DNA of 32,000 nucleotides, from the NCBI GenBank assembly GCA_041494705.1, contig JBGQBI010000001.1, positions 60,001 through 92,000 of the forward strand, written 5' to 3'. This stretch comes from Candidatus Methanoperedens sp. (GTDB lineage Archaea; Halobacteriota; Methanosarcinia; Methanosarcinales; Methanoperedenaceae). Of the stretch, positions 1-8,310 are shown piece by piece; the stretch's first letter is position 1, and every line of letters starts with the position of its first letter. The notes under the pieces are model-generated. The model did no database searches, was not told where the DNA came from, and saw only the letters and a list, made by a program, of their open reading frames with translations. The position numbers were made by a program, and so were the translations under genes.

Positions 1-342
1 GAAAAAATCCTCAATGAATTTCCCGGTCTTTATTTTACTTTTGATGTGGTTCATGCGTTCATGGATTCTCCACAAACCCCCCTCTCCTTTATCGACCGGC
101 TTGGCGACAGGATAATTAACGTGCATGTGGGGGCGCCGCATGACGGGAAGCCGCACTATCCTTCGCATCGCGTGAAGAAGAATATGGATGCAGTGTTGCG
201 AAAACTCAACGGTTCCGGATATAACGGCGACCTGACCATCGAGATTGATGATAAGGTGTATTCCAGACCATTGTCGAGAGAGGATAAAGTAAAAGAATTA
301 ATTGGGGAGAGAAAGTACTTGGAATCGATATTCGATGTGTAA
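1..342 (+). CDS. Xylose-isomerase-like TIM-barrel protein (sugar phosphate isomerase/epimerase family), C-terminal fragment; 5' end lies outside the window
   Basis: Frame 1 is open from base 1 (EKILNEFPGLYFTFDVVHAF...). The pattern FDVVHA...INVHV...GYNGDLTIEI resembles the C-terminal metal-binding strands of AP-endonuclease-2/xylose-isomerase-like barrels. Confidence 0.55.
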   Translation, partial: EKILNEFPGLYFTFDVVHAFMDSPQTPLSFIDRLGDRIINVHVGAPHDGKPHYPSHRVKKNMDAVLRKLNGSGYNGDLTIEIDDKVYSRPLSREDKVKELIGERKYLESIFDV

Positions 343-432
343 TTTGTAGGAGTAGTTGGCTTATCCCAAAAAAATATATACTTTTATGATTAATAAAAAG
401 AGAATCGAAAGTTTGCTGAACTATTAAAAAGC

Positions 433-963
433 ATGAAAAAAGATTTAGATTGTTCAGCAAAAGAGAAAAATGAACAAAAAACAAGCCTTTTATTGGATTG
501 GAATTATTGCAAGTATTTTAGGAATATTAGTTTTGGACTTTATTGCTATGACAAGTGGACGGAAGTTAAATACGAAGGAGAATTAAAAACTTATTATGGT
601 GACACAAGAGTTATTTTCGGTAGTAATATTTTTATTGGAACCCCCAATATTTTGGTTGTAAACGAAAAGCCGATTTTTACCTCAGCCGTCAAAAATGGTA
701 AACTGTTTATAAGCATAATTATTTTTGATCGTGATGGAAAAGTTGTTGCCCAAATTGATGAGAATAAATGGTTTATCAATAAAAATAACTACTTCAGAAT
801 GGATATTTCAAACTCAGAAATAAAAGTAACTAATCAACAAGGTGAAGTTGCATTGGATGCTATTGCTCTGCCTGATGGGGCGGTCAAGGTTAATGGGACA
901 TTCTATATAGGTGGGAGAAAAATAATTGCAACTGATCAAGGGCTAACAATTATGGCGGATTGA
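433..963 (+). CDS. Hypothetical protein in an AT-rich islet, with a beta-rich C-terminal part. The N-terminus is probably frameshifted relative to a TM-anchor ORF at 470..586.
   Basis: 176-aa ORF. Its first ~45 aa are Cys/Trp/Tyr-rich and not protein-like. The +1 frame from ATG 470 encodes MNKKQAFYWIGIIASILGILVLDFIAMTSG..., a clean TM anchor, which stops at 584-586. Confidence 0.4.
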   Translation: MKKDLDCSAKEKNEQKTSLLLDWNYCKYFRNISFGLYCYDKWTEVKYEGELKTYYGDTRVIFGSNIFIGTPNILVVNEKPIFTSAVKNGKLFISIIIFDRDGKVVAQIDENKWFINKNNYFRMDISNSEIKVTNQQGEVALDAIALPDGAVKVNGTFYIGGRKIIATDQGLTIMAD

Positions 964-1118
964 ATGGTCTGCCCCTGCCCGACATTAAGAGTGGCGGCGC
1001 TTGCGAATCCGATATTAACAATTATTAAGCAGATACCGATAATTAATTTGTTGTATGCCATAATCTCACCATAATGGAATCGTTTTCCAGCTTTAAAAAG
1101 ATTGTGAATTAATGCAGT

Positions 1119-2084
1119 TCAACTTGAATTGCTTGCATTAATTCTTACACTGATTGTCTGGATACTTGGGGCGGTTCGCATTAAGTTGTAATATAACCCG
1201 AAGCTGTAATTGCCAGTTGTGTTGAAGATGTATTCTGCTTTCCCAGCTCCTCTGAGTGTTATATTGGCTATCTTTTTATCCGTCTCAACTATGGTGTATG
1301 TGGTATCTTCCATATTATCCCACAGCACTTTATCCCCGGCGTTTATTTGATGAGTCGGGTAAACAAACTTATCACTTTTTACTCTTGAATAAACAGATAT
1401 GCCCGTTGGTGTGGCTACGACCACTGGTTCTGGGGTGGGTGTTGGAGTCAGTGTAGCGGTTACGTTGATTGTTGGCGCCGGGGTTGGCGTGGGTGTCGGT
1501 GTGGGAGAAGGTGTAGGCGTTGGTGTAAACTCCCTGGTTTCTCCTGAAAGCAGCGTTATCGGGAGTGTCCTTGCTTCTATCTTCTGCCCATTTGCAGACA
1601 AGGTAATAGTGACTTCATAAATGCCTGCGAGGCTTTTGCCCTGTCTTTCCTTCTCAGTCGGGAAAACTGCGCTGAGCATTTTCTTTTCCCCGGGTTTAAT
1701 CAGGTAATATGGATTCTCACTGGAATCAAAATCTATTGTTTTAATCCCTGTTTTCTTTTCATCGCTCATGGTTTTTAAGTACAGGTTTGCAAGGGTATCA
1801 TCAAGCGTATTTACTTTGGCTTTTATTTCAACTGTTTCATTGGTAATATTTTCTGTCCCGGCATTTAGCACCATAAGCTCAGCCGTGACCTTTTCCCCGG
1901 CTCTGATGTCATTCCTGTCAAATTTTAATTCCGTCACTGTCGCATCAAGATTTGGGTCGGGATGTTCGAGCCTTTGCACCTGTACCGTAGCTGTATTGAT
2001 TGAAGTCGTTGCATTAGAGCCCGTACATCCTGATAGAGCTGTAACAATCAGTATTATTAATATGATGGGGAATAGCCTGTTCAT
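1119..2084 (-). CDS. Secreted lipoprotein with a Pro/Thr-rich linker and two beta-sandwich-like regions
   Basis: MNRLFPIILIILIVTALSGC is a signal peptide followed by a lipobox-like Cys. There is a long TPTPTPSPTPTPTPTPAPT linker. An alternative upstream ATG lies at 2126. The C-terminal region (GDKVLWDNMEDTTYTIV) resembles a cupredoxin-like fold but has no Cys ligand. Confidence 0.6.
   Translation of the reverse strand: MNRLFPIILIILIVTALSGCTGSNATTSINTATVQVQRLEHPDPNLDATVTELKFDRNDIRAGEKVTAELMVLNAGTENITNETVEIKAKVNTLDDTLANLYLKTMSDEKKTGIKTIDFDSSENPYYLIKPGEKKMLSAVFPTEKERQGKSLAGIYEVTITLSANGQKIEARTLPITLLSGETREFTPTPTPSPTPTPTPTPAPTINVTATLTPTPTPEPVVVATPTGISVYSRVKSDKFVYPTHQINAGDKVLWDNMEDTTYTIVETDKKIANITLRGAGKAEYIFNTTGNYSFGLYYNLMRTAPSIQTISVRINASNSS
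1405..1530 (-). repeat. Low-complexity GGTGT/GGCGT-type DNA repeat encoding the (Thr-Pro)n linker of the lipoprotein
   Basis: Direct reading: ggtgtggct...ggggttggcgtgggtgtcggtgtgggagaaggtgtaggcgttggtgta. It translates on the minus strand to TPTPTPSPTPTPTPTPAPT...TPTPTPEP. Confidence 0.7.
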
Positions 2085-2195
2085 CAAATCACCGATGCTG
2101 TGAATGGTATTATTGCTTAAAAACATTTCTCATAAAATTCATTAAAATGGTATTTTTTCGAATAAACTTTATATTCGGACACCAATCCTGTTATA

Positions 2196-2675
2196 ATGCG
2201 CCTGATGAGCCTTATATTATTACTGGTCTTTTCTGCTGCTGTTTTCCCTGTATCCGCCGAAACCACCCGCTGGTATGCATATGAGGAGGGCATGGTGGCA
2301 GCAGGTTCGATGGGAAAACCGGTTATCCTTGACTTTTTTGCAGACTGGTGCCCACCATGCATAGCGATGGAAGAGGGAACATATCCTGACCCCGGGGTGG
2401 TTTCAGAAATGAAGGATTTTATCGCCATAAAGGTGGATACCCAGAAAAGGATTGATATCGAAAGCAAGTACGGTATAACCTATTATCCCACGGTTGTATT
2501 TTTAGACTCAAAAGGTAAAGAGGTGTCGCGGCACATAGGATATCTGGGGCCTCTGGAAATGGTGAATGAGATAAAACAGTCGCGCGGGAAATTGCCGAAA
2601 GAAACTCCGGGGTTTGAAATCATCTATTTGGCGCTTGTATTCATGCTTTTGTTCTTAAAAAGAAAGCTATCGTGA
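2196..2675 (+). CDS. Membrane-anchored or secreted thioredoxin-fold protein (thiol:disulfide oxidoreductase-like)
   Basis: N-terminal signal peptide (MRLMSLILLLVFSAAVFPVSA). WCPPC active-site motif in a thioredoxin-like context (ILDFFADWCPPC...YPTVVFLD). C-terminal hydrophobic anchor. Confidence 0.7.
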   Translation: MRLMSLILLLVFSAAVFPVSAETTRWYAYEEGMVAAGSMGKPVILDFFADWCPPCIAMEEGTYPDPGVVSEMKDFIAIKVDTQKRIDIESKYGITYYPTVVFLDSKGKEVSRHIGYLGPLEMVNEIKQSRGKLPKETPGFEIIYLALVFMLLFLKRKLS

Positions 2676-3833
2676 GAATTTCTTGATATTTTTCACCATC
2701 GATTCCACAAGCGATGGGACATCTATCAATTTCTCTGCTTTGATAACTTCTTCCGGTTTTGCAGCGGTGGAAGGATATTCCGGGACTGCCATGCAGCAGG
2801 TCGCCGGTTTGGTCGAAGGTCCAAGTGTGCCAATTTTCCTTGCCATATCCGTAATCTCAAGCTTGTCTAACCCGATAAGAGGATGATAAATCGGGTATTC
2901 CATGCCGTACATCTCGGCAAGCATATTCTGCGAAGTCTGGGATGCGACCTGCCCGAGTGAGGAACCCGTGATAATCCCGTGCGCCTCTTCAAGTTTCATG
3001 ACCTCTCCTGCAATCCTGTACATCATCCTCCTACACAGAACGCAATTCAGCCTGTTGTCGCAATTTTCAAGGAAAGCAAGCAGGTTATCCCCATGAGGCG
3101 CCTCGTAAACAGTGAATTTTTTCTGGGGAGACCATTTCTGGAGAACATCGATACACTGCATCGCCCTCTCACGCGTGGTCTCATCCGAGAATGGCTCGTT
3201 ATTCATATACAGGGGCACTATCTCGCAGCCACGTTTCATCATTAACCAGGCAGCTACGGGCGAGTCAATGCCGCCTGAAATAAGCGCCACCATCCTGCCC
3301 TGGGTTCCCATGGGCAGCCCACCAACCCCTTTGACCGATTCTGTAAAAACATAAGCCCTATCCTGCCTCACTTCCACGAAAATCTCAACATCGGGATTAT
3401 CAAGATCAACCCTGACGTTCTTATTTATACTGTCAAACACTGCATCGCCGCATGCGACAGCTACATCGCGGGAGGTGAACTCATGGTTCCCTGCCCTTCG
3501 CGACCTTATGGCAAATGACTGGCCTTCCTTCATAATCCCGCCTGCAACTTCAGCGCAGAGCCGCGCGGCTGATTCAAGGTCGGGTTCGCATGTAAAAACT
3601 GCGCTTGCAGAAACAACGCCAAAGACTTTTGCTGCGCTTTTTACTGCCTCTGCGTCCTCGGAATGTATGAAAATCCTTCCCATTTCCCTGCTTATTTTGG
3701 AATATGAGCACCCGTCAGCATTGAGCATTGCTTTTATATTCCTGACAAGAATTTGTTCATACCTTGTCCTGACCCTTTTGCTTTTCAGGGCAAGCTCGTC
3801 GTACCTGACTAAAATCATATCTCTTGGGCTCAC
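2667..3833 (-). CDS. thiI: tRNA 4-thiouridine / thiamine sulfurtransferase ThiI, archaeal type without a rhodanese domain
   Basis: ILVRYDELALKS N-terminus and a THUMP-like region. PP-loop SGGIDS. CVLC cysteine pair typical of archaeal ThiI. The track start is GTG at 3833; the ATG at 3818 (MILVRY) is an equally plausible start. Confidence 0.88.
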   Translation of the reverse strand: MSPRDMILVRYDELALKSKRVRTRYEQILVRNIKAMLNADGCSYSKISREMGRIFIHSEDAEAVKSAAKVFGVVSASAVFTCEPDLESAARLCAEVAGGIMKEGQSFAIRSRRAGNHEFTSRDVAVACGDAVFDSINKNVRVDLDNPDVEIFVEVRQDRAYVFTESVKGVGGLPMGTQGRMVALISGGIDSPVAAWLMMKRGCEIVPLYMNNEPFSDETTRERAMQCIDVLQKWSPQKKFTVYEAPHGDNLLAFLENCDNRLNCVLCRRMMYRIAGEVMKLEEAHGIITGSSLGQVASQTSQNMLAEMYGMEYPIYHPLIGLDKLEITDMARKIGTLGPSTKPATCCMAVPEYPSTAAKPEEVIKAEKLIDVPSLVESMVKNIKKFSR

Positions 3834-3835
3834 GC

Positions 3836-4597
3836 CTACCCCATTGTATTTAAGCGATTTAAGGCTGCCGAATATAAGGATTCGTAAGGCTTCATCGGGA
3901 AAATCAACCAGGAATCATGTTTTTCAAGAAGTATTTTTCTCTCCTCTTCTGAAAAATCATCAGGCAGTTTATTGAAAACATGACTCAGCAGGTACTCATC
4001 GATATGCACATTCATGATATCATCCGTATTGTTGGAATGTTCAAGCCCCCATAGATGACCCATCTCATGAAGAAGCACCGGTGTCTCTACTTCCTGTGCC
4101 TGGACGACATCTTTAAAAATTATGATTGAATCGGCATTGTATGTTATCCCTGCGGCGCTATAATTCGTATTTCCTTCCCAGTTCGAATTGGTGTATATTA
4201 TATAAATCACCATACGCCCCGAGAGCCATCCGCTATGGTATTGAGTGTGGTTTCGAAGAATCCTGTCCCCAAACACGCTCACTCCGTCATCTTTAACTAC
4301 GCCTGAAATCTCAAAATCTTTTATATCAGGATATTTTACCAAAATAACATTCTTTCCGGTATAATTTGCCACCTTTTCTTTCAGGGTATCGAGAGATGCA
4401 GCAAAAGGCTCAGCCCCTTCCTGATAATGAACTTCTATGAGTATTGTATCATATGGTGAATGCTTTGAAAGTAATAATGTGTCATATGCGCCTGTGAATT
4501 GCCTGGCTGTATAATGGACATACAGGGGTATCATTATGCCGAAAGTAATGACAAGGAAAATCATCAGGGAGATGAGCTTTTTATAATTTTTACGCAT
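3836..4597 (-). CDS. Membrane-anchored metzincin-type zinc metalloprotease
   Basis: N-terminal TM helix (LISLMIFLVITFGIMIPLYV). Extended zinc-binding motif HEMGHLWGLEH, which fits HExxHxxGxxH. Confidence 0.7.
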   Translation of the reverse strand: MRKNYKKLISLMIFLVITFGIMIPLYVHYTARQFTGAYDTLLLSKHSPYDTILIEVHYQEGAEPFAASLDTLKEKVANYTGKNVILVKYPDIKDFEISGVVKDDGVSVFGDRILRNHTQYHSGWLSGRMVIYIIYTNSNWEGNTNYSAAGITYNADSIIIFKDVVQAQEVETPVLLHEMGHLWGLEHSNNTDDIMNVHIDEYLLSHVFNKLPDDFSEEERKILLEKHDSWLIFPMKPYESLYSAALNRLNTMG

Positions 4598-4683
4598 CCT
4601 TCTTCCAGTAATGTCAGGCTGACATTAATACTTTCATGTCGCTTTAAGAAAACTTATTTGCCAATTGATGCTATTTAGCTTAT

Positions 4684-5097
4684 ATGAAAACCGTTTATCT
4701 TGCAGCGCCCCTTTTTTCTGAAGCCGAGTGCGATTTCAACCGCAAACTGAAGGATTTGATTATGAGCGAGGGCTTTCTGGTTTTCCTGCCGCAGGAGGAC
4801 TCCAACAATATCTATGTTGAAAAAAACCGCCAGGAAATAATTTTCAATAAGAACCTTGCTGCGTTAGATAGGTCGGATATAATAGTTGCAGTGATTGACG
4901 GGGCAGACGTTGATTCCGGTACGGCATGGGAAATCGGTTATGCGTATTCAAAAGGTAAACCGGTGCTGGGGCTGAAAACGGATTTCAGGACGCTGGGTAT
5001 TGAAGGAAGGGTGAATCTTATGATAGAGAGGTCTATTGTTCTTTGCACAAGCGTTTCGGAGTTATTAAATCGTTTAAAGTCAATGCAGGATACATGA
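4684..5097 (+). CDS. Nucleoside 2-deoxyribosyltransferase-like protein
   Basis: VYLAAPLFSEAE near the N-terminus, and DSGTAWEIGYAY...GKPVLG, are characteristic of the nucleoside 2-deoxyribosyltransferase fold. Confidence 0.65.
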   Translation: MKTVYLAAPLFSEAECDFNRKLKDLIMSEGFLVFLPQEDSNNIYVEKNRQEIIFNKNLAALDRSDIIVAVIDGADVDSGTAWEIGYAYSKGKPVLGLKTDFRTLGIEGRVNLMIERSIVLCTSVSELLNRLKSMQDT

Positions 5098-5167
5098 AAA
5101 TTACAGGCATATCAGGAAGCCCAAAATACTGTGAATATGATTTTGATACACTTTCGGGATTCAGGTA

Positions 5168-5575
5168 ATGGACGAATATCATTTAATCAAGCAATTTTCA
5201 AAACCCAGGGAAGGGGAATATGTGCCTATAACCTTCATCGAGTTCAAACGAAAACTCGTAGGATGGTCGCCTGAACTGAAACGAAGCGTGTATATCGGGA
5301 GCGATGAGGACAAAGCAAAGCTCAAGAGAGTGAGAGAGATAAACCTCTTGATAGCGATAAACCACCTTTCAGGCAAAGCATCGTCTATAGAACTCACAGA
5401 CGAGGAGAGAGTGCAGTTTGAGGAGGTGTACAACTCATTCCTTGAAAAAGGCGGACAGCTTATGTACACGCGCAAGAAGACGGGGGCAAAAACAGTTTCT
5501 TTTTTTGAGCTCAAAGAAAGCGGGAGAAGGGTTTCCGAGGCGCCGGGAAAAAGCCTGTTATCTGAAAGAATATGA
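5168..5575 (+). CDS. Hypothetical protein with no motif I recognise
   Basis: 135-aa ORF with normal amino-acid composition, an ATG start, and the GC content of the backbone. Confidence 0.45.
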   Translation: MDEYHLIKQFSKPREGEYVPITFIEFKRKLVGWSPELKRSVYIGSDEDKAKLKRVREINLLIAINHLSGKASSIELTDEERVQFEEVYNSFLEKGGQLMYTRKKTGAKTVSFFELKESGRRVSEAPGKSLLSERI

Positions 5576-5665
5576 CTGAGTACTATAAAAAGGGAAAAAG
5601 CAAACAGACTGATATTTCAAGTTTACCCAGTAAAATATATAACTTTTGCAATAGATAGGTGCATA

Positions 5666-6736
5666 ATGGTCAGAAAGCAGGAGATTCTTAAAATTTTAGA
5701 AGGGTATGATAAGGAAAACCTGGCAATCGCCACGGTCTGCTCGCACAGCAGCCTCCAGATTTTTGACGGGGCACGAAAAGAGGGGTTCAGAACCATCGGT
5801 ATCTGCATGGGCGCGCCTCCGAAATTCTATGATGCTTTCCCGAAAGCGAAGCCCGATGAATTTTTTATAGTGAAAGATTACAAGGAAATCCTTTCAAAAT
5901 CGGATGAGCTTGCCTCCAAAAACGCCATAATTATCCCGCACGGCTCTTTCGTGGAATATCTCGGAGCAGATAATTTCCAGGAACTCCGCCTGCCCACGTA
6001 TGGCAACCGCAGGGTTCTTGAATGGGAATCCGACAGGGAAATGAGCCGCAACTGGCTTGAGGCGGCAGGCATAAAAATGCCGAAGCAGATAAAGAATCCT
6101 GAAGATATTGATTCACCTATGATGGTGAAGTATTACGGCGCTAAAGGCGGAATGGGTTTCTTTGTCGTGAAAAATTATTCCGACTTCAAGAAGAGGATAA
6201 ATCCGGCTGAAAAATTCACCATACAGGAATTCGTTCTCGGCACCCGATATTACATGCATTATTTTTATTCACCAATTAAATCCGACGGCTACGCATTGAG
6301 TAAAGGCACGCTTGAGCTACTCGGTATTGACAGGCGCGTGGAATCAAACGCTGACGAGATTTTCAGGATAGGTTCGCCGACAGAGCTTGCTGAAGCCGGT
6401 ATTTACCCCACTTTTGTAGTTACGGGCAATCTCCCTCTTATAGTGAGGGAATCGCTTCTCCCCAGGATATTCGATATGGGGGAAAAGGTAGTCGAGAAAT
6501 CGCTTGAACTGTTCGGAGGAATGATAGGGCCATTCTGTCTTGAAGCCGTTGTGACAGACTCGCTTGAATTGAAAGTGTTTGAGATTTCAGCACGTATTGT
6601 TGCAGGAACAAATTTATTCATATCCGGCTCTCCTTATTCTGATTTAGTGGATGAGAAACTCTCGATGGGGCGGCGTATTGCCCGGGAAATAAAGATAGCA
6701 AAGGACAAGGAGCTGCTTTCAGAGGTAATCTCATGA
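5666..6736 (+). CDS. purP: 5-formaminoimidazole-4-carboxamide ribonucleotide (FAICAR) synthetase, archaeal ATP-grasp PurP
   Basis: IATVCSHSSLQIFDGARKEGF N-terminal signature, ATP-grasp layout, and a length of about 355 aa, all typical of PurP. Confidence 0.88.
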   Translation: MVRKQEILKILEGYDKENLAIATVCSHSSLQIFDGARKEGFRTIGICMGAPPKFYDAFPKAKPDEFFIVKDYKEILSKSDELASKNAIIIPHGSFVEYLGADNFQELRLPTYGNRRVLEWESDREMSRNWLEAAGIKMPKQIKNPEDIDSPMMVKYYGAKGGMGFFVVKNYSDFKKRINPAEKFTIQEFVLGTRYYMHYFYSPIKSDGYALSKGTLELLGIDRRVESNADEIFRIGSPTELAEAGIYPTFVVTGNLPLIVRESLLPRIFDMGEKVVEKSLELFGGMIGPFCLEAVVTDSLELKVFEISARIVAGTNLFISGSPYSDLVDEKLSMGRRIAREIKIAKDKELLSEVIS

Positions 6737-8121
6737 CGCAAAAGAAAGAATATGACGTGATAATCGTGGGCTCAGGACCTGCCGGCATGTTCGCCGCAGA
6801 TGAACTTGCAGAAAAAATGAATGTTCTTATCATTGATATGGGACGCGACATAAACGAGCGCGAATGCAAGATGAAGCGCATGGGCGTCTGTACGCACTGC
6901 GACCCCTGCGATATCATGTGTGGGGTAGGCGGCGCAGGGACGTATTCGGACGGGACGCTCAACCTTCGCCCGGATATAGGCGGAGACCTGGCAGAGCAGA
7001 CTGGCGACCCCGATTATGCCTGGGAACTGGTTGACCATGTGGACAAGGTATTTGTGAGATACGGCGCGCCCGGGCAGTTATACATCCCCAAGGGAGATGA
7101 AGTCGAGCAGCTAAAACGCCGTGCTGCTGCTGTGGGAGCAAGGTTCATCGAGATAATCCAGAGGCACATGGGGTCTGACAATGCGCCAAAGGTTATTGGT
7201 AATTTTGAGAAAGACTTGAAGGAAAGGGGCATTGAATTCCTGCTTAATACGAAGGTATCAGACCTGATTATTGAGAACGATACATGCAACGGTGTAGTTT
7301 TACATGATGGGACTGAGCTCCGCTCCAGGTTCACGATAATAGCGCCCGGAAGGGTCGGAGCGAAATGGATAGATGAGATTATCCAGAAACACAAAATTGG
7401 AGCGAAATACGCACCTATTGACGTTGGCGTAAGGGTGGAAGTCCCGGCAATCGTGATGGACCCGATAACCAGGATCAACCGCGACCCGAAATTCCATATA
7501 CAAACTAAGACCTATGATGATTTTGTCAGGACATTCTGCACGAACGAGCATGGTTTTGTGGTCAAGGAGGAGTATGAGGATTTCATAGCCACTAACGGGC
7601 ATTCCATGACAAATATGGAATCTGAGAACACGAATTTTGCTTTTATTGTCAGGGTTGAGCTTACCGAACCCATTGAGAATACTGTGCGCTACGGGAGGTC
7701 GATTGCAAAGCTTGCTACCACAATCGGCGGAGGAAAACCGGTGCTTCAGAGGATGGGCGACCTCAGAAGAGGCAGGCGCAGTACTGAAGCGAGAATCAGG
7801 AAGAATGTTGTGGTTAATACCCTTAAGGATGTGACGCCGGGCGACATATCCATGGCGCTGCCGCACCGCATCGTCACGGATATCAGGGAAGGGCTTGAGG
7901 TTTTAAACGAAATAATTCCAGGTGTGGCATCCGATTCCACGCTTTTGTACGCGCCCGAGGTGAAATTCTATTCCATGCAGGTTCTTGTGGACAGGAACAT
8001 GGAATCCTCGGTCAAGAACCTGTTCGCAGCCGGGGACGGCGCCGGCCTTTCGAGGGATATTGTGAATGCTGCGGCGACAGGAGTGATTGCGGGCAGGGGG
8101 ATATTGAAGAAAAGTGTATAA
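6733..8121 (+). CDS. FAD-dependent oxidoreductase (uncharacterised NAD(FAD)-utilising dehydrogenase family, COG2509-like)
   Basis: Rossmann dinucleotide motif DVIIVGSGPAGMFAA. C-terminal AAGDGAG motif. ATGA overlap with the purP stop. Confidence 0.75.
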   Translation: MTQKKEYDVIIVGSGPAGMFAADELAEKMNVLIIDMGRDINERECKMKRMGVCTHCDPCDIMCGVGGAGTYSDGTLNLRPDIGGDLAEQTGDPDYAWELVDHVDKVFVRYGAPGQLYIPKGDEVEQLKRRAAAVGARFIEIIQRHMGSDNAPKVIGNFEKDLKERGIEFLLNTKVSDLIIENDTCNGVVLHDGTELRSRFTIIAPGRVGAKWIDEIIQKHKIGAKYAPIDVGVRVEVPAIVMDPITRINRDPKFHIQTKTYDDFVRTFCTNEHGFVVKEEYEDFIATNGHSMTNMESENTNFAFIVRVELTEPIENTVRYGRSIAKLATTIGGGKPVLQRMGDLRRGRRSTEARIRKNVVVNTLKDVTPGDISMALPHRIVTDIREGLEVLNEIIPGVASDSTLLYAPEVKFYSMQVLVDRNMESSVKNLFAAGDGAGLSRDIVNAAATGVIAGRGILKKSV

Positions 8122-8128
8122 TATGAAC

Positions 8129-8160
8129 ATAACAAGAATGTTATATAACAAAATTGTTAT
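8129..8160. promoter_or_regulatory. Two abutting 16-bp palindromes, ATAACAagaaTGTTAT and ATAACAaaatTGTTAT; possible operator or terminator at the islet boundary
   Basis: Read directly from the sequence. Their junction forms a third perfect 12-bp palindrome, TGTTATATAACA (8139-8150). The element lies 8 nt after the stop of the FAD oxidoreductase. Confidence 0.5.
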
Positions 8161-8310
8161 GCGGGCAAAAATATCGAGGCGCTTGCGAAAGGGGATTACT
8201 TTCACATACCTTTAATAAAGGATATATCCGAAAATTTATCAATGTATGCCATATCAAAAAATCGAATGGATTACTGGTGATTGAGGCAAAAGAGATACGA
8301 TTGGTGCAAT

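Noticed and set aside
1405-1530. Repetitive GGTGT/GGCGT DNA that might be mistaken for a CRISPR array or satellite.
   Set aside because: It is in frame within a long ORF and simply encodes a Thr-Pro linker. There is no repeat-spacer periodicity.
7903-8205. 100-aa minus-strand ORF spanning the tandem palindromes and the 3' end of the FAD oxidoreductase.
   Set aside because: It overlaps a well-supported gene in antisense. Its composition is poor and it has no motif. The palindromes are better explained as non-coding.
8281-8310. TTG start at 8281 for the PIN fusion protein (MRQKRYDWCN extension).
   Set aside because: ATG 8311 gives the typical PIN N-terminus (MKIILDTNILI), in which the first beta-strand begins right after the Met. 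The 10-residue extension has no support.
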